Source: Andalucia godoyi And28 (taxonomy: Eukaryota > Protista > Jakobida). Taken from it: 64,000 nucleotides of DNA. Positions 1 through 11,100 of the stretch are shown here, in pieces. Position numbers and translations under genes: made by a program. Position 1 is the first letter of the stretch; every line of letters begins with the position of its first letter. The DNA lies in assembly GCA_009859145.1 (NCBI GenBank), contig VRVR01000048.1, positions 39,328 to 103,327 on the forward strand, read 5' to 3'. Under the pieces are notes generated by a model that was given only the letters and a program-made list of their open reading frames with translations, was not told the DNA's origin and did no database searches.

Positions 1-46
1 CGATGGTGATCAATCATGATTCATACTTCGGCGAGCGGCACAGAGA
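1..46 (-). repeat. Inverted copy of 26681-26726, cut off by the window edge
   Basis: Positions 1-46 are the exact reverse complement (46/46) of 26681-26726; the match breaks at position 47 / 26680. Confidence 0.95.
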
Positions 47-121
47 GAACAAGAACAGAACGCAAAGCAGATGAAAGGAAAGAAAAGGAAGGGAGGCGTT
101 ATTTTATTTTACGATTATTGT

Positions 122-1750
122 CTACAATTGCAGCGCCATGCCGTCGTTCAGCGGGAACATGGAACTGACTCCCGAGAGAAATGCTGTGGTGATGGACCCG
201 GTTCTGGACGCAACACTGAATTCAATAGCAGTTGGAAAGACGATGATGGGGGTGAGTACGTCTTGGCGCGGCGACGAGAGCAGCGATCCTGCAGCGTATG
301 AATTGGGATCGTATCCAACCTGTCCGCCGTAGGACGACCCGAACGCGACGATAAAGACTCCGATATCTGCCTTGTTTGGATTCATCTTTCCAGAAACGTG
401 CAGCATTGTATGGAAAGAGCCGCACGCAATGTCCACAACTTTCCATCCGTACCCTGCTCCATAGTACGTCGAGTTCAGCAGTTCAATGGGCTCTGCGAAC
501 GCACCCTTTGCTCCCACCCCAAGCTGGCCAAGATTCGAGCTTCCAAAACCCCATATTCTACCGTTCGTCATCAGAACCACCGAGTGTGCATAGCCTACAC
601 AAATTTTCTGGATTGTGACAGACGCCCGGGTGCGTGTACCGGCTGCCAGTTCATCAGCGGTTTGCGGCAGGAAGAATTCCACGAGTCCCGGAAAAGGGTC
701 GACATTGTAGATTCCGCGGCCCAACTGGCCCTCCGAAGAGAAGCCCCAGGAAAACAAGCGACCTGCATCGGTCACCGCCAGCGTGTGGAACAAGCCGCAA
801 GCAAGTTTCCGAGTGACTTCGTTCGTGCTGAGCTGGCCCTTCCAATCGATCGGCAGCGGGAACACAGACGACTCGGTCGATCCCGTTCCGAGCTGGCCCT
901 TATCCCCTCTTCCAAACGCGAACAGACGTCCGTCTTCGATCTGGACAATCGTATGAGAATACCCTGTTTCGGCATGCACAATGAGGGAGTTTGCTGGGAG
1001 TCCGTACTTTTCATTCTTCAAGTCCTGTGCAAGTGCGCACTTCACGGGAGTCTTGAACAGCGGGGGAATGACCGCTACAGCTCCCGTGGTATCTGCAACC
1101 CCCAGCTGCCCATTCTTGTTCGAGCCCCATCCATAAAGCTCCCCGCTTTTCGTCAGAGCAAGCGTATGATGCGCTCCCACCATGAGCCGGGAAATCCCCA
1201 GAGCAGCCGTTCCAGGAACAACCTGCGGAACGTCATTGTATGGCAAGTCTTTACCGTTCCCGAGCCACGCGCCCCATGCATAGACCGATCCGTCCTCCAT
1301 CAGCGCGCACGAGAAGGAGCCCAGCGAGGCATGAACCGACACCACGGAGTCGTGTTCAAAGGCCTTGGACCATGTTTTGATACGAGACTGCTTCCACGAC
1401 GCCACAAGGTCCGGGTAGTTCGAGTCGTCATAGTACCCGTTATACAGCCCAAGCTGCCCAACGTCATTCGACCCCCAGGCAAACAGCAGGCGCATTGTGT
1501 TCTCTGTAGCGTTCAGCAGCTTCGTCCCTTTGAACGCCGGCGAGTTCGGAAACTGAAAAACACTCCCATCTTCTGTAGACCTTGTAATCGTGTGCTCCAT
1601 CGACACCAGGACCATCGAGTGTGCGCCTCCCGCAGCCATCAGCAAGACCGAGCGCACGGGGATCACCGCGGTACCCAACAACTGCGCCGTCACCACTGCA
1701 TATAGCTCGCTCGACAGCACTACAGCAAAGCACAGCAGAAGTATGTTCAT
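122..1750 (-). CDS. RCC1/BLIP-II-repeat beta-propeller protein with a predicted signal peptide
   Basis: About 7 RCC1 repeats (e.g. VGAHHTLALTKSGELYGWGSNKNGQLG, ACGLFHTLAVTDAGRLFSWGFSSEGQLG); hydrophobic N-terminus MNILLLCFAVVLSSELYAVVTA. Confidence 0.88.
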   Translation of the reverse strand: MNILLLCFAVVLSSELYAVVTAQLLGTAVIPVRSVLLMAAGGAHSMVLVSMEHTITRSTEDGSVFQFPNSPAFKGTKLLNATENTMRLLFAWGSNDVGQLGLYNGYYDDSNYPDLVASWKQSRIKTWSKAFEHDSVVSVHASLGSFSCALMEDGSVYAWGAWLGNGKDLPYNDVPQVVPGTAALGISRLMVGAHHTLALTKSGELYGWGSNKNGQLGVADTTGAVAVIPPLFKTPVKCALAQDLKNEKYGLPANSLIVHAETGYSHTIVQIEDGRLFAFGRGDKGQLGTGSTESSVFPLPIDWKGQLSTNEVTRKLACGLFHTLAVTDAGRLFSWGFSSEGQLGRGIYNVDPFPGLVEFFLPQTADELAAGTRTRASVTIQKICVGYAHSVVLMTNGRIWGFGSSNLGQLGVGAKGAFAEPIELLNSTYYGAGYGWKVVDIACGSFHTMLHVSGKMNPNKADIGVFIVAFGSSYGGQVGYDPNSYAAGSLLSSPRQDVLTPIIVFPTAIEFSVASRTGSITTAFLSGVSSMFPLNDGMALQL

Positions 1751-2051
1751 CAGTGTTTTCTCGTCTTTGATGACTTGTTGTCGGCGGCAGTTGCAGTTGC
1801 AGTTGTGTTAGTAGTAGTAGTAGCAGTAGCAGTAGTGATATAATACTTGGAAGAAATTGCTCCCGCCTGTCTGATTGCAGGTGCCCGTTTTTGTACCGAG
1901 TTGAGGGACCAGACAGGTCCGCATTTGTTCGTTCGGGAAGGAGGGTGACGAAGCGGGAAAAAAAAAACGGATGTACATTTGCTTTTACAACTGCTGCCGA
2001 ACCCGTGGGGTACGTAAAAAACGGAGGGGAAATGAGGAGCCAGATGCTCGT

Positions 2052-3176
2052 CTACTCAAAGACAAAGTGTTCGAGGAGCGCAAAATGCATGTCCAGCGAA
2101 GCTTCTCCGGTTCTTTCCCATCGTTCTCTGTAGTACTCCCATCTTCTGATGCTTCCTGGTTCAAAGACTCGACGGAGCGCCGCGATCCACTCGTCGTGTT
2201 CTTTGCGGACGACAGGTCTCTTTTCGACGCCTGCGCCCAGCGTGTACGGCGTGACATGGACGTGGACTTTGACGCTGAGTCCCGCAAGCATCTCTGCGAT
2301 AAACTGCAGATTGTAGAATGGATATGAGCCCTTGAATGCCCAGTTGCCCGGATCAAGCATGATCCACGTCGTTACTCTCCACGGCTTCGCGCTCGAAACA
2401 GGACTCCAGAGCCGGTCCGCATTCGCCACGACGGCGTACCGCGGAAACATCGTCTCGTGCAGCGACTGCGACACCACACATGCACCCTTTGAAAATGACA
2501 CGATCATCACGTTTTCACTGAGCGTCTCGTTTGCGTAACGGCTCGAGTTACCACCACCATCACTGCTGCTGCTGCTGCTGCTGCTGCTGCTACTACTACT
2601 GCTGCTACTACTACTACTACTACTTCTGTTAGCACCCTTGTGCTTTGCCCCTTCCTCTTCCACAAGCCGCGAGAACTCGGTGCGAACAAAGTCTACAACA
2701 CGCGACAAGAACACACTCGCAGTCACCTCGCCCGTCGCGATGCATTTTTCTGCGTCCCAGTGTCCACGGTCCGTCGAGTGCACGGGGTCGGAGATAAAAT
2801 GCGGAATTGCCTGGGTGTAGCGTGCATAGATGCCATCGGACGACCACTCTGCAGGCTGCACACAAACAATCACCGACTGCGGAAACCGCTCGCGCAGCCG
2901 ATCCGACACCTGCGTCAACGAGTACCGTGAGTATTGGCTGTAAAGCGTAGACGACGGACTGCTCGACGAGTGCAGACGCGGATCCGAGTCGGGCAGCTGC
3001 AAGTCTCCTTGCAAGTACACCAACATATCCAGAGGGGGAGGCGGCTGCAGTAATGGCGACGATGACGATGACGACCGGGCAGTCGTCGTTCGTCGGCGCG
3101 GAAGATAGCTGATCAAGAGAGGATACGGAAACGTGTATTGGATCGTCCGTGCATCCGAGTGCTGGAAGGTCTCCAT
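2052..3176 (-). CDS. C2orf69/UPF0565-like protein with a poly-Ser insert
   Basis: Motifs VYLQGD, SFSKGACVVSQ, LDPG, VHVHVTPY, EH, SLDMHFALLEHF resemble the C2orf69 family. First in-frame ATG is at 3176; the track start at 3200 is GTG. Confidence 0.75.
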   Translation of the reverse strand: METFQHSDARTIQYTFPYPLLISYLPRRRTTTARSSSSSSPLLQPPPPLDMLVYLQGDLQLPDSDPRLHSSSSPSSTLYSQYSRYSLTQVSDRLRERFPQSVIVCVQPAEWSSDGIYARYTQAIPHFISDPVHSTDRGHWDAEKCIATGEVTASVFLSRVVDFVRTEFSRLVEEEGAKHKGANRSSSSSSSSSSSSSSSSSSSSSDGGGNSSRYANETLSENVMIVSFSKGACVVSQSLHETMFPRYAVVANADRLWSPVSSAKPWRVTTWIMLDPGNWAFKGSYPFYNLQFIAEMLAGLSVKVHVHVTPYTLGAGVEKRPVVRKEHDEWIAALRRVFEPGSIRRWEYYRERWERTGEASLDMHFALLEHFVFE

Positions 3177-3720
3177 TTGTGCCCTGCGCCGTACATACAC
3201 TCTTGGACGGCAATCGCGAGCGCTGCTGGAAATCAGGGAGAAAGCAAGGAAGGCAGAATAGGCAGCGCGACGGAGACTGCAGAATGAGTGAAAGACATGG
3301 GGCTTTCAAAGTGCCAAAAAAGAAAGGTCCGGCACTTTAGACATGTGAACAAACCCACAAGTGCACAAGTGATGGGGCTGGCACGCATTGATGAAGAACT
3401 CTGCTTCCTACGGGACCTTCGAAGGATTCCTGCAGCAACCCAACCCAGAGAACAACAAGTCGTTTTTTCACCCAGCCAAAAAAAATCCTGGCTCCCTAAA
3501 GCTACTTTTTTGTTTGTGTTTGTTTGTTTTCCCCATCCGCACCTCAGAAGTGCATCGTCAGACCGTTTTTTGCAAGCACAAGCTGCGACTACTGTATTAA
3601 AAAATAAATAAACAGCATGGACAGCACACGTTGCATCAACCACCCCCCAGCATCACTCCGAAAAGGGGTTTTTCCGTTCCGCCTCCAAAAGTCCGGCAAT
3701 GCGCAGCCATCGTTTCTTTG

Positions 3721-3790
3721 CGAATTGCGAGTTGCGGGTTACGGGTTACGGGTTACGGGTTACGGGTTACGAGTTACGAGTTGCGGCAAC
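3721..3790. repeat. 7-bp tandem array (CGGGTTA)5 with degenerate flanking units
   Basis: cgaattg cgagttg (cgggtta)x5 cgagtta cgagttg cggcaac. Confidence 0.95.
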
Positions 3791-3937
3791 GAACCTACTG
3801 ATCATACGACAGCGCAGTTTCTTATTTATTCTGGAGCAGAAGGGGAAAGGACGTGGCCTTTTTTTTGGTTCGGCTATCAATTTAGATTTTAGAATCCGCT
3901 TTTTTTTTTTGTGGTTTTATTTTTGTTGTTGGACGGA

Positions 3938-5635
3938 ATGGCAGAATCGTCCAGTCGCGAATACCAGGATTTGCTCGAGCGCTTGCAGCGGGAAATCCGA
4001 GAAGAAGCGAGCCTTTCGTTTCCAGCATCAAGCAGCAGCAGCAACAGTAGTAGTACTAGTAGTACTAGTAGTAGTAGTAGCAGTAGCAGTAGCAGTAGTA
4101 GAAGCAATGGCTCCAACTCTGTGTCCGTTGCAACATCCGCTTCTGGCTCTCCAATCGCCGACGCGCCATCGATATCGGCTTCTGTGTCTGCTGTAACGCG
4201 TGTGGATAATGAAGAAGAAGAGCATGCAGCGCTGCCGCGGTCCTACTCGCAGGCTTCGCAGACACCACCGCAGTCTCAATTGACGCCGCCGACAACCCCT
4301 AGACTACAGTCGCGCATCAACGAGATTGCCAGACGCTCGACGCCGTACGACAACTTGCAAAAGTACACGTACACCACCACGCCTGTTCCGATTCAGTACC
4401 TTTCACCACCCCCCAAACCAAAATCTGGAGCCCCGGGCACCAGTGGCAGTGGCAGCAGTAGTGGCAGTAGTGGAGTCGGCAGTAGGTCTTCTTCCTCTGT
4501 CTGCTGTACTTGCAGCTGCGGCAACCATAGGAGTGGCGGCGGTGCACACCAGACGAGAAGCGAAGATTTGTTGATTGGGGAAAAGTACAGAGCACTGTCG
4601 GAAAAGTACCATGCAAGTGTAGCGCGTGGACTGAAGTTCGAGAAGCGGATTGCGCATCTTGAGACGTTGTTGGCAGAAGCGGCGACCGAGTCTGAGGAGC
4701 TGCAGACAAGAATCATGCAGCTGTCAAAGACCGTCGTTCGAGAGCAAGAGCTCCGTGTCCGGACTGTTGCATCCGAGAAGAAGCGGCTTGTGGACGCACA
4801 TTTGGTGGCGGAAGAACAAATGTTGGTCGCGAATGCGCTGCTGGAGTCGCAGTGGAAATCTGCGGAGACGCTTGTGGCAGAAATGGCTTCGCAGGTGGAC
4901 AGTGCAAAGGCCGAGAAGAGTGCGCTGCAGATCCGAGTCAGAGAGGCGGAAGTCAGAGCAGCTCGGGTCGAGGCCCATGTCACGTTTCTCCGGGACGTCG
5001 TAGCCGCCATCATTGTGGATTCCACCGATTCGAGAACAGCTCTTGCGGGTGTGTTGGTGAAGATTGCAGACACTGCGCAAGCCGTGATTTTGGGAGATGA
5101 GAGATGGAAGCAAAGGAGGAACAACGGCAACGGCAGCAGCGGCGGCGGCAGCGGAAGCTTTGGTGATGATGAGAGGCGCGGGTCCAACGAGAACGCTTCG
5201 GGGAGTGAAGAGGGTATGCTGGAGACTGCGTTCAAGCGTCTTGTGCAGAGAGAGGTGGCGGCTGAGAGAGCTGTAGAGCAGGCGCTGCGCGATCGGATGT
5301 GCGTGGCAGAGGCGCAGACGTCTTCCGTGGAGAAGGTGAGCGTTCCGTCCTCTCCGATGAGCTTCGTGGATGTGAGTGCAGCAGTAAGCATCCCGTCGAG
5401 TCCAGTGAATCGCAGTTCTGAGCTCACGATCAGCGTCCCCGTCAGCGTTCCGTCGAGCCCAACTCCGAGTCCCGGTAGCGCTAGCGCCAGCGTCACTCTG
5501 AGTATCAGTTCTTCCATCAGTGTTCCTGCCAGCCCGTCTGCCAGCCCCCCTGCCAGTCCTACCACCACCTCCACCAGCAGCAGCAGCAGTATGCCCTCAA
5601 CTCCCTCGAGCATCGGGTCGTCTCCGCCCACGTAA
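3938..5635 (+). CDS. Ser-rich coiled-coil protein, function unknown
   Basis: Long ORF with ATG at 3938, a central heptad-like region (LEK...ELQTRIMQLSK) and Ser/Pro-rich termini. Confidence 0.75.
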   Translation: MAESSSREYQDLLERLQREIREEASLSFPASSSSSNSSSTSSTSSSSSSSSSSSRSNGSNSVSVATSASGSPIADAPSISASVSAVTRVDNEEEEHAALPRSYSQASQTPPQSQLTPPTTPRLQSRINEIARRSTPYDNLQKYTYTTTPVPIQYLSPPPKPKSGAPGTSGSGSSSGSSGVGSRSSSSVCCTCSCGNHRSGGGAHQTRSEDLLIGEKYRALSEKYHASVARGLKFEKRIAHLETLLAEAATESEELQTRIMQLSKTVVREQELRVRTVASEKKRLVDAHLVAEEQMLVANALLESQWKSAETLVAEMASQVDSAKAEKSALQIRVREAEVRAARVEAHVTFLRDVVAAIIVDSTDSRTALAGVLVKIADTAQAVILGDERWKQRRNNGNGSSGGGSGSFGDDERRGSNENASGSEEGMLETAFKRLVQREVAAERAVEQALRDRMCVAEAQTSSVEKVSVPSSPMSFVDVSAAVSIPSSPVNRSSELTISVPVSVPSSPTPSPGSASASVTLSISSSISVPASPSASPPASPTTTSTSSSSSMPSTPSSIGSSPPT

Positions 5636-5821
5636 CATTCTCCAAAAGCAGGCATACCTATATTTTATATACAACAATCACAGACATAATAATAATAATA
5701 ATAATAAAATAATGCAACACAATTCAAACCAGGATAAAAGGGCACACCCAGATATCATGACATCCCCTCACCCCCACTGCTAACACTTGCATACCGGTCC
5801 CGGTAAACAACACAGTCTACT

Positions 5822-6583
5822 CTACAGGGAGGTTGCTTCTTGTCTGAGCTGGTGCTGAAGCAACTCAACGTGTGACCGCAGGGTGGCCACCGATGCTTCC
5901 TCTGCCTTCCGACGAGCCTGTCTTTCGGAAAATGCCAGTTCGACAAGTCTCTGATGATTGCTGCTCATTGTGCTACTGCTCTTGCAGGTTCGACTTGTCG
6001 ACAACAGATTGGTCGAAGTGGGAAAGAGAGATCGCAGCGAAAGCGCATGGATTGCCTCGACTTGCTCCAGTCTTTCCCTGTTCACTTCCCGAGTCTTTCG
6101 AACCTCGCGCGCCGCTGCTGCCTTTTCTCTCTGCACCTCCAAGACTGCATTGCTTGCGCGACTCTCTCCATCCGACTTCCATTCATGCACCGACGTCTGT
6201 GCCGTCGCGAGGCTCGAAAGCGCTATCGACTCGAGCTCGTGCTGCAGCGCGTGCGAATAGTGCCGCGCAACAGTCGAATCGGCAAGCTTCGACTCGCATG
6301 CCTTCTCCACTGCAGCACGCGGTTTCCGAAGAGTCGTGACCCGCTGCGTCTGCACCTCCTTCTGCACCTGCTGCATCGTAGATCGGAGATACGATGCCAA
6401 ATCAGGAGTCTGCGTGACGGGAATCTGCCCCGATCGGGACGAGCACGAAGCAGTCGTAGTGGAAATCACCGCCAGCCGCTTCTTTTGTCTCACGTGATGC
6501 TTGTTTTCCAACTGCTGCTTCGTTTCCTCCAACTGCAGCCGCTCTCGATGTGCCCGAGCCAATCGCACAGAATCACTCTCCAT
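5822..6583 (-). CDS. Coiled-coil protein, function unknown
   Basis: ORF from ATG 6583 (MESDSVRLARAHRERL...), E/Q/R/A-rich helical composition; upstream of 6583 is AT-rich and looks non-coding. Confidence 0.7.
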   Translation of the reverse strand: MESDSVRLARAHRERLQLEETKQQLENKHHVRQKKRLAVISTTTASCSSRSGQIPVTQTPDLASYLRSTMQQVQKEVQTQRVTTLRKPRAAVEKACESKLADSTVARHYSHALQHELESIALSSLATAQTSVHEWKSDGESRASNAVLEVQREKAAAAREVRKTREVNRERLEQVEAIHALSLRSLFPTSTNLLSTSRTCKSSSTMSSNHQRLVELAFSERQARRKAEEASVATLRSHVELLQHQLRQEATSL

Positions 6584-6771
6584 GGGAAAAAAGCCTTTCA
6601 AAATTAAAATTAATAAAATAAAATAAAAATACCACGCATCGACAAAGTTGAAAACAAAATTATAAATATATAAATAATAAAAAATAATAAAAACTTCAGA
6701 ATTCACGCAGCACGGAGGAGGCTGATATCGGGGACTTCTTTAAATTATAACCCCTCCAACCCAAACGTCTG

Positions 6772-6824
6772 GTGGACGGCTGTAAAATCATCGGACAGCG
6801 TGGCTGAGTTTTACAGCCGTCCAC
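6772..6824. other. Perfect 16-bp inverted repeat (stem-loop, 21-nt loop)
   Basis: gtggacggctgtaaaa (6772-6787) and ttttacagccgtccac (6809-6824) are exact reverse complements. Confidence 0.9.
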
Positions 6825-7636
6825 ATCGCTGGTGAATGAAGGCCGACCTTTTTTCTTCCACAGATCGCTGCTGCTAGTTGCTGCCGTTTGTTGTTGTTGC
6901 TGTCGTTGTCGCGGCGGCGTAGGTGTGCAGATCGAGGCCCAATGAGACGCTGTAGAATGTTGACAACCGATCCCTTGTAATCGATGATTCCTCCGCCGCG
7001 GGGCCTCTCTCTCTCTCTCTCTTTTTTTGTGGCGCACTCCATTGCCAATCAACAATCAATACCATATCCGCTCGATTGAAACAGAGAATGAAAGATCGAG
7101 AGAGAATCAACAAGTTGATAAATTGCGCAATGGCAATAAAAAAGAAGCTCGTTGAAATCCCTAGTTTCTTCCTGGTTCCCAAGGTCCAAATGGTTCTAAC
7201 GAATGCACTGATTGCTCAGCTAGAGAGCTCTGAACGAAAAAATAGGATGCTTCTCTTTTGGGTGCGCGGACCCACGGATGTCCCACTCAAAAAAGGGGAA
7301 CCTCATTCGATGGCGCTGATGCGGATTGCAAAAATCGCTTTACGCCAAATAATCTGTTTTTGAGGCGCAGCATGCGAGCCAAATGTTTGGAGAGGCTTTG
7401 AGTTGGAGTGTAGTACTTTGCACTCAAATGAAAAACAAAGAGCAGCTTCAGTTGAGTACCACATGCCTCCCCTCCACTCACTGGAGTTGTTTGGCTGAGG
7501 GTTCCTCTCTTCGTGCGAATGCGCGCGTGCGTGTTTTTTTGTTTTTTGTGGTCTGTTTGTTTTCTGCTCAACCTCCCGGAAAACAAGAGTGGCAATATTT
7601 AAATAAAGGGGGTGCGAAAGCAGGCTGGAGAGGGAA

Positions 7637-7939
7637 ATGTCACGACTCCAGCTCAGGAGTGTGTACCGGCAATTGCTGCGAGCAGCCGACGCGATGCCGT
7701 TTGATCTCACTGCGTCGTCTGAGTCGCTAGGCCCCACCATCAAGCGAGCTGTGAAGCAGAGATTTCGACAATCTGCTGTAAACCCTGCAAGCGCACTACA
7801 ACTGGCCCAGCGGGAACTGGTCGCTCTACGGCAGATTGGTGGCAACCGTGTCAGCGATGCTGTCCGCGGCACCCAGACGGTCACGTACGATCCAAAAGAC
7901 TGGTCTCGAATGGTTGAGCTCGTTCGACAAAGGAAGTAA
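7637..7939 (+). CDS. LYR-motif (Complex1_LYR-like) mitochondrial protein
   Basis: LRSVYRQLLRAA near the N-terminus and a downstream RFR; 100 aa. Confidence 0.75.
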   Translation: MSRLQLRSVYRQLLRAADAMPFDLTASSESLGPTIKRAVKQRFRQSAVNPASALQLAQRELVALRQIGGNRVSDAVRGTQTVTYDPKDWSRMVELVRQRK

Positions 7940-8145
7940 ACAACGAAATGAAAATGAAAATGAAAATGAAAATGAAAATCAGGAAGAAAAACATGTTTTT
8001 TTTTCCTGCTGTATTCTGAACACTGCGTCGCACATCCAAATGGATGTGTCGGAAATTCCGCTCGTTTTGTTTGGTTCTCTTTCCTTATTTGCACAGAGCG
8101 GGAATATTCCAAAATACAGATATCGGCTAGTGGGATGGCCGGTGA

Positions 8146-11100
8146 ATGCAGCATCATCATCGTGGTGGCGTGCTGTCCTTGGTCCGGGTTGTACGCCTGA
8201 TTTCCATCTTGTGTGCGCTCCTTTGCTCCTGCAATGCAGCAGCACATCGCACTCTCCCGGCTTCTTCACCTGCTGCCATCGCGCACCGCTTACAACGACA
8301 ACGACAACTACCACTGCAGCCGGTCGCATCGTCAGTTGAGAGGAGGGAGGAGGATGGAAATGCGGATTGCCGTGTGTTGAGAGACGTGTATGCGAACCTG
8401 GGTGGACCGCAGTGGACCAATCGCACTGGATGGGACTCGGTGATGATGACGATGCTGGAGAATGGTGATGATGCGTGTTGCAGTGGACAGCTTTACGGAG
8501 TCGTGTGCAGTGGCAGCCGGGTGACCAAGCTCCTTCTGGGTTCCAATATGCTCTCGGGAACGATTCCTGCGTCGATATGCGACCTTTCAATGCTGACGCT
8601 GCTTGACCTGTCTGCAAATGCTGTGAACGGAAGCATTCCATCGTGCATTGGTCAGCTCTCGCAACTTGTTGAAATTGATTTTTACTTTAACAGCATTGGC
8701 GGCTCGATTCCGGACTCTATTGTGCAGCTGCGGGCGCTGCAGACGCTGAATGTACACTCGAATCGCATTTCGGGCCCGATTCCGGACGGCATTGGGTATC
8801 TCTCTGCTTTGCAGATGCTGCTTATAAATGCGAACCAGATCTCGGGATCCCTTCCTCGTTCGCTGTGCTGGTTGCAGAACCTTACGCGCATCGACGCGGA
8901 TGAGAATGCAATATCGGGACCAATTCCTGCCTGCATTGGAAACCTGTCGACACTCCTTTACTCGATCGACTTGTCATCCAATCAGCTATCCGGGGAAATC
9001 CCGTATTCTCTCTGCAGCTTATCAGTACTGACGACTCTTCGGCTCTTTGGAAATATGTTGCGTGGCGAGCTCCCAGACTGCATCGGCAACCTGACCGCTG
9101 TGAATAGCTTCGTTGTGTACTCGAACCAACTCTCAGGGCGATTCCCGCTGTCCATGAGGAACCTCTCGCAACTCGAGCTACTGGACGTCCACTTGAATAA
9201 TTTCGAGGGACCTGTCCCTGGATTCATCTTCACGGCGCTTCCCCGTCTCCAAACAGCGGATTTGCATCTAAACAGATTCTCAGGATCGCTTGTCATCGAC
9301 GAGTCGGCGATCAGTGCACTTCCAGCTGCTTCTTCGCTCAAGGCACTCTATCTTCAGTACAATAATGTGTCGGGGGATCTGCCTGCAAGCTTGTGTCTTC
9401 TGCAACGCTTGCAATTAGTTTTCTTGTCCAACAACCAAATCTCTGCATTTCCAAAGTGCGCATTTCCAAACTTGGTTGTTCTCGATCTCTCAAGCAATCG
9501 CCTTGTCGATTTTCCATTTTCGCTGATCGAGTCATTCCCGTCTTTGCAGTCTTTGGACCTCTCCTACAATTTGCTGAACGGATCGTATCCTGTGCGGCCG
9601 TTCATGGGTAACCTCAGCCTTCGCTCTCTTTCCCTCGCATACAATCAGTACAGTGGTGATTTTCCCTTTTATCCGTGCGGATACTACAATCCCATCACCA
9701 ATGTCAGCTATCCGACTGTTTCGGAATCCGGGCTTTCCGATCTTGATATTTCAGGCAACAGAGTTGATTCCATTCCAGGAGTCATAAATGCATTCTCGGA
9801 GTGCATCCTCTGCGATTCGCTTCCCTATGCATCGCTGACGACGCTGAAAATCGAAAACATGATGCTGCAATCGGTGTACGATGTGTTGATCACGTTGACG
9901 AACGGAGATACGTGCGGTGGTTCCGTTCCGTTTTCACAGATGTTGTTCCTGTTTCCTGGCGTGCGTGCACTTGACGTTTCGTCCAATGGATTTTCCAATC
10001 TCCTGGACGGGTTCATTGCATTTCTGCCGCTCCTTTCCAGTTTAGACTTTCGCAACAATCCGCGTGTGGAAATCTCCACGTCATTTTCATCCTCCGTGGG
10101 AAGTCTCTTCGTGCTGAACGCCACGACCGCGTACCCGTACAGTGTTTCGCTGATGTGCTATTTGCCAAACATTGGAGGTTCTCGCTTGCTTGCGCAGGTT
10201 GATCCCACGTTCTTCAGCTACAAGAACTGTGTCTGCCGCCCTGGCTTCTTTGGGAAGCCGCCTGATTGCCATCCTTGTTTGCAGAACGGAATTTGCTCGT
10301 TCTCCTCGGAGGACGTCATTACGCAGCTGAATCCAGCTACTGCATGGAACCTCAGCGGAAGTATCATTGCAGCAGACGGATACTATGCGTCGCCAGATGT
10401 TTCCATCAGCGATATGCAACATGATATTTCATATCCTCGGTTTCTGGAATCGTGTGCATATGCCGGCACCGACTTGACTCCTTGCAAGCCCTCAAGCTCC
10501 GGGGCGGACAGTTGTGTAGAAGGCTATGAAGGACGGTTGTGCTCCGCATGCTCTGACGGCTATTTCCGAAGCGGAGACTTGTGCGAAGCGTGCCCTGATT
10601 TCGCTGAACTGGTGCTGTTTGGAATGTTGGTCTTTTTCGTGGTGTGCTGCTTGTTCGCGTGGTCTTTCGTCGTGGACAATGCATCTTCCGGTTTGGTCAA
10701 GGTGTTTGTGTTCTTCTGGCAGGCTGTATTTTACATTCGCAGTCCAATGCCAAAGACCATGTATATTTTCACGCAAGAGACGTCTTCTTCCGTCAGCTTC
10801 ACTCTCGCTGGACCGGAGTGCTTTTTTGGCTCGTGGGGCTTTGTGGACCGATATGTGCTTTCCGTTGTCAGCCCGGCTATTGCGGTTGCTGTCGTATTCT
10901 TGATTTGGGCCGCGGGTGCCTTGAAGATGAAAATGTCGGAAGGCGCTGGTCGACCGGCGCCCGCATCTCAGTGGACAGCGTGGATCGATCGCTGCTGGAG
11001 ATCCGTAATATTCTGGATCATGTTGCTGCTGATGCCAGCCTTCAGCACAGTCTTGGCTCCGCTGTCTTGCGTGAAGGACGAGGGCGACCACAAGGAGTAT

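Noticed and set aside
398-1705. Long antisense or overlapping ORFs in the track (e.g. 398-1705+, 4393-5655-, 32206-33333-)
   Set aside because: They are mirror frames of well-supported genes in GC-rich coding DNA and have no motifs of their own.
3233-3720. Short ORFs between the C2orf69-like gene and the 7-mer array, and a possible 36-nt GTATGT intron at 3198
   Set aside because: No recognisable motif, and no in-frame upstream ATG for the spliced model.
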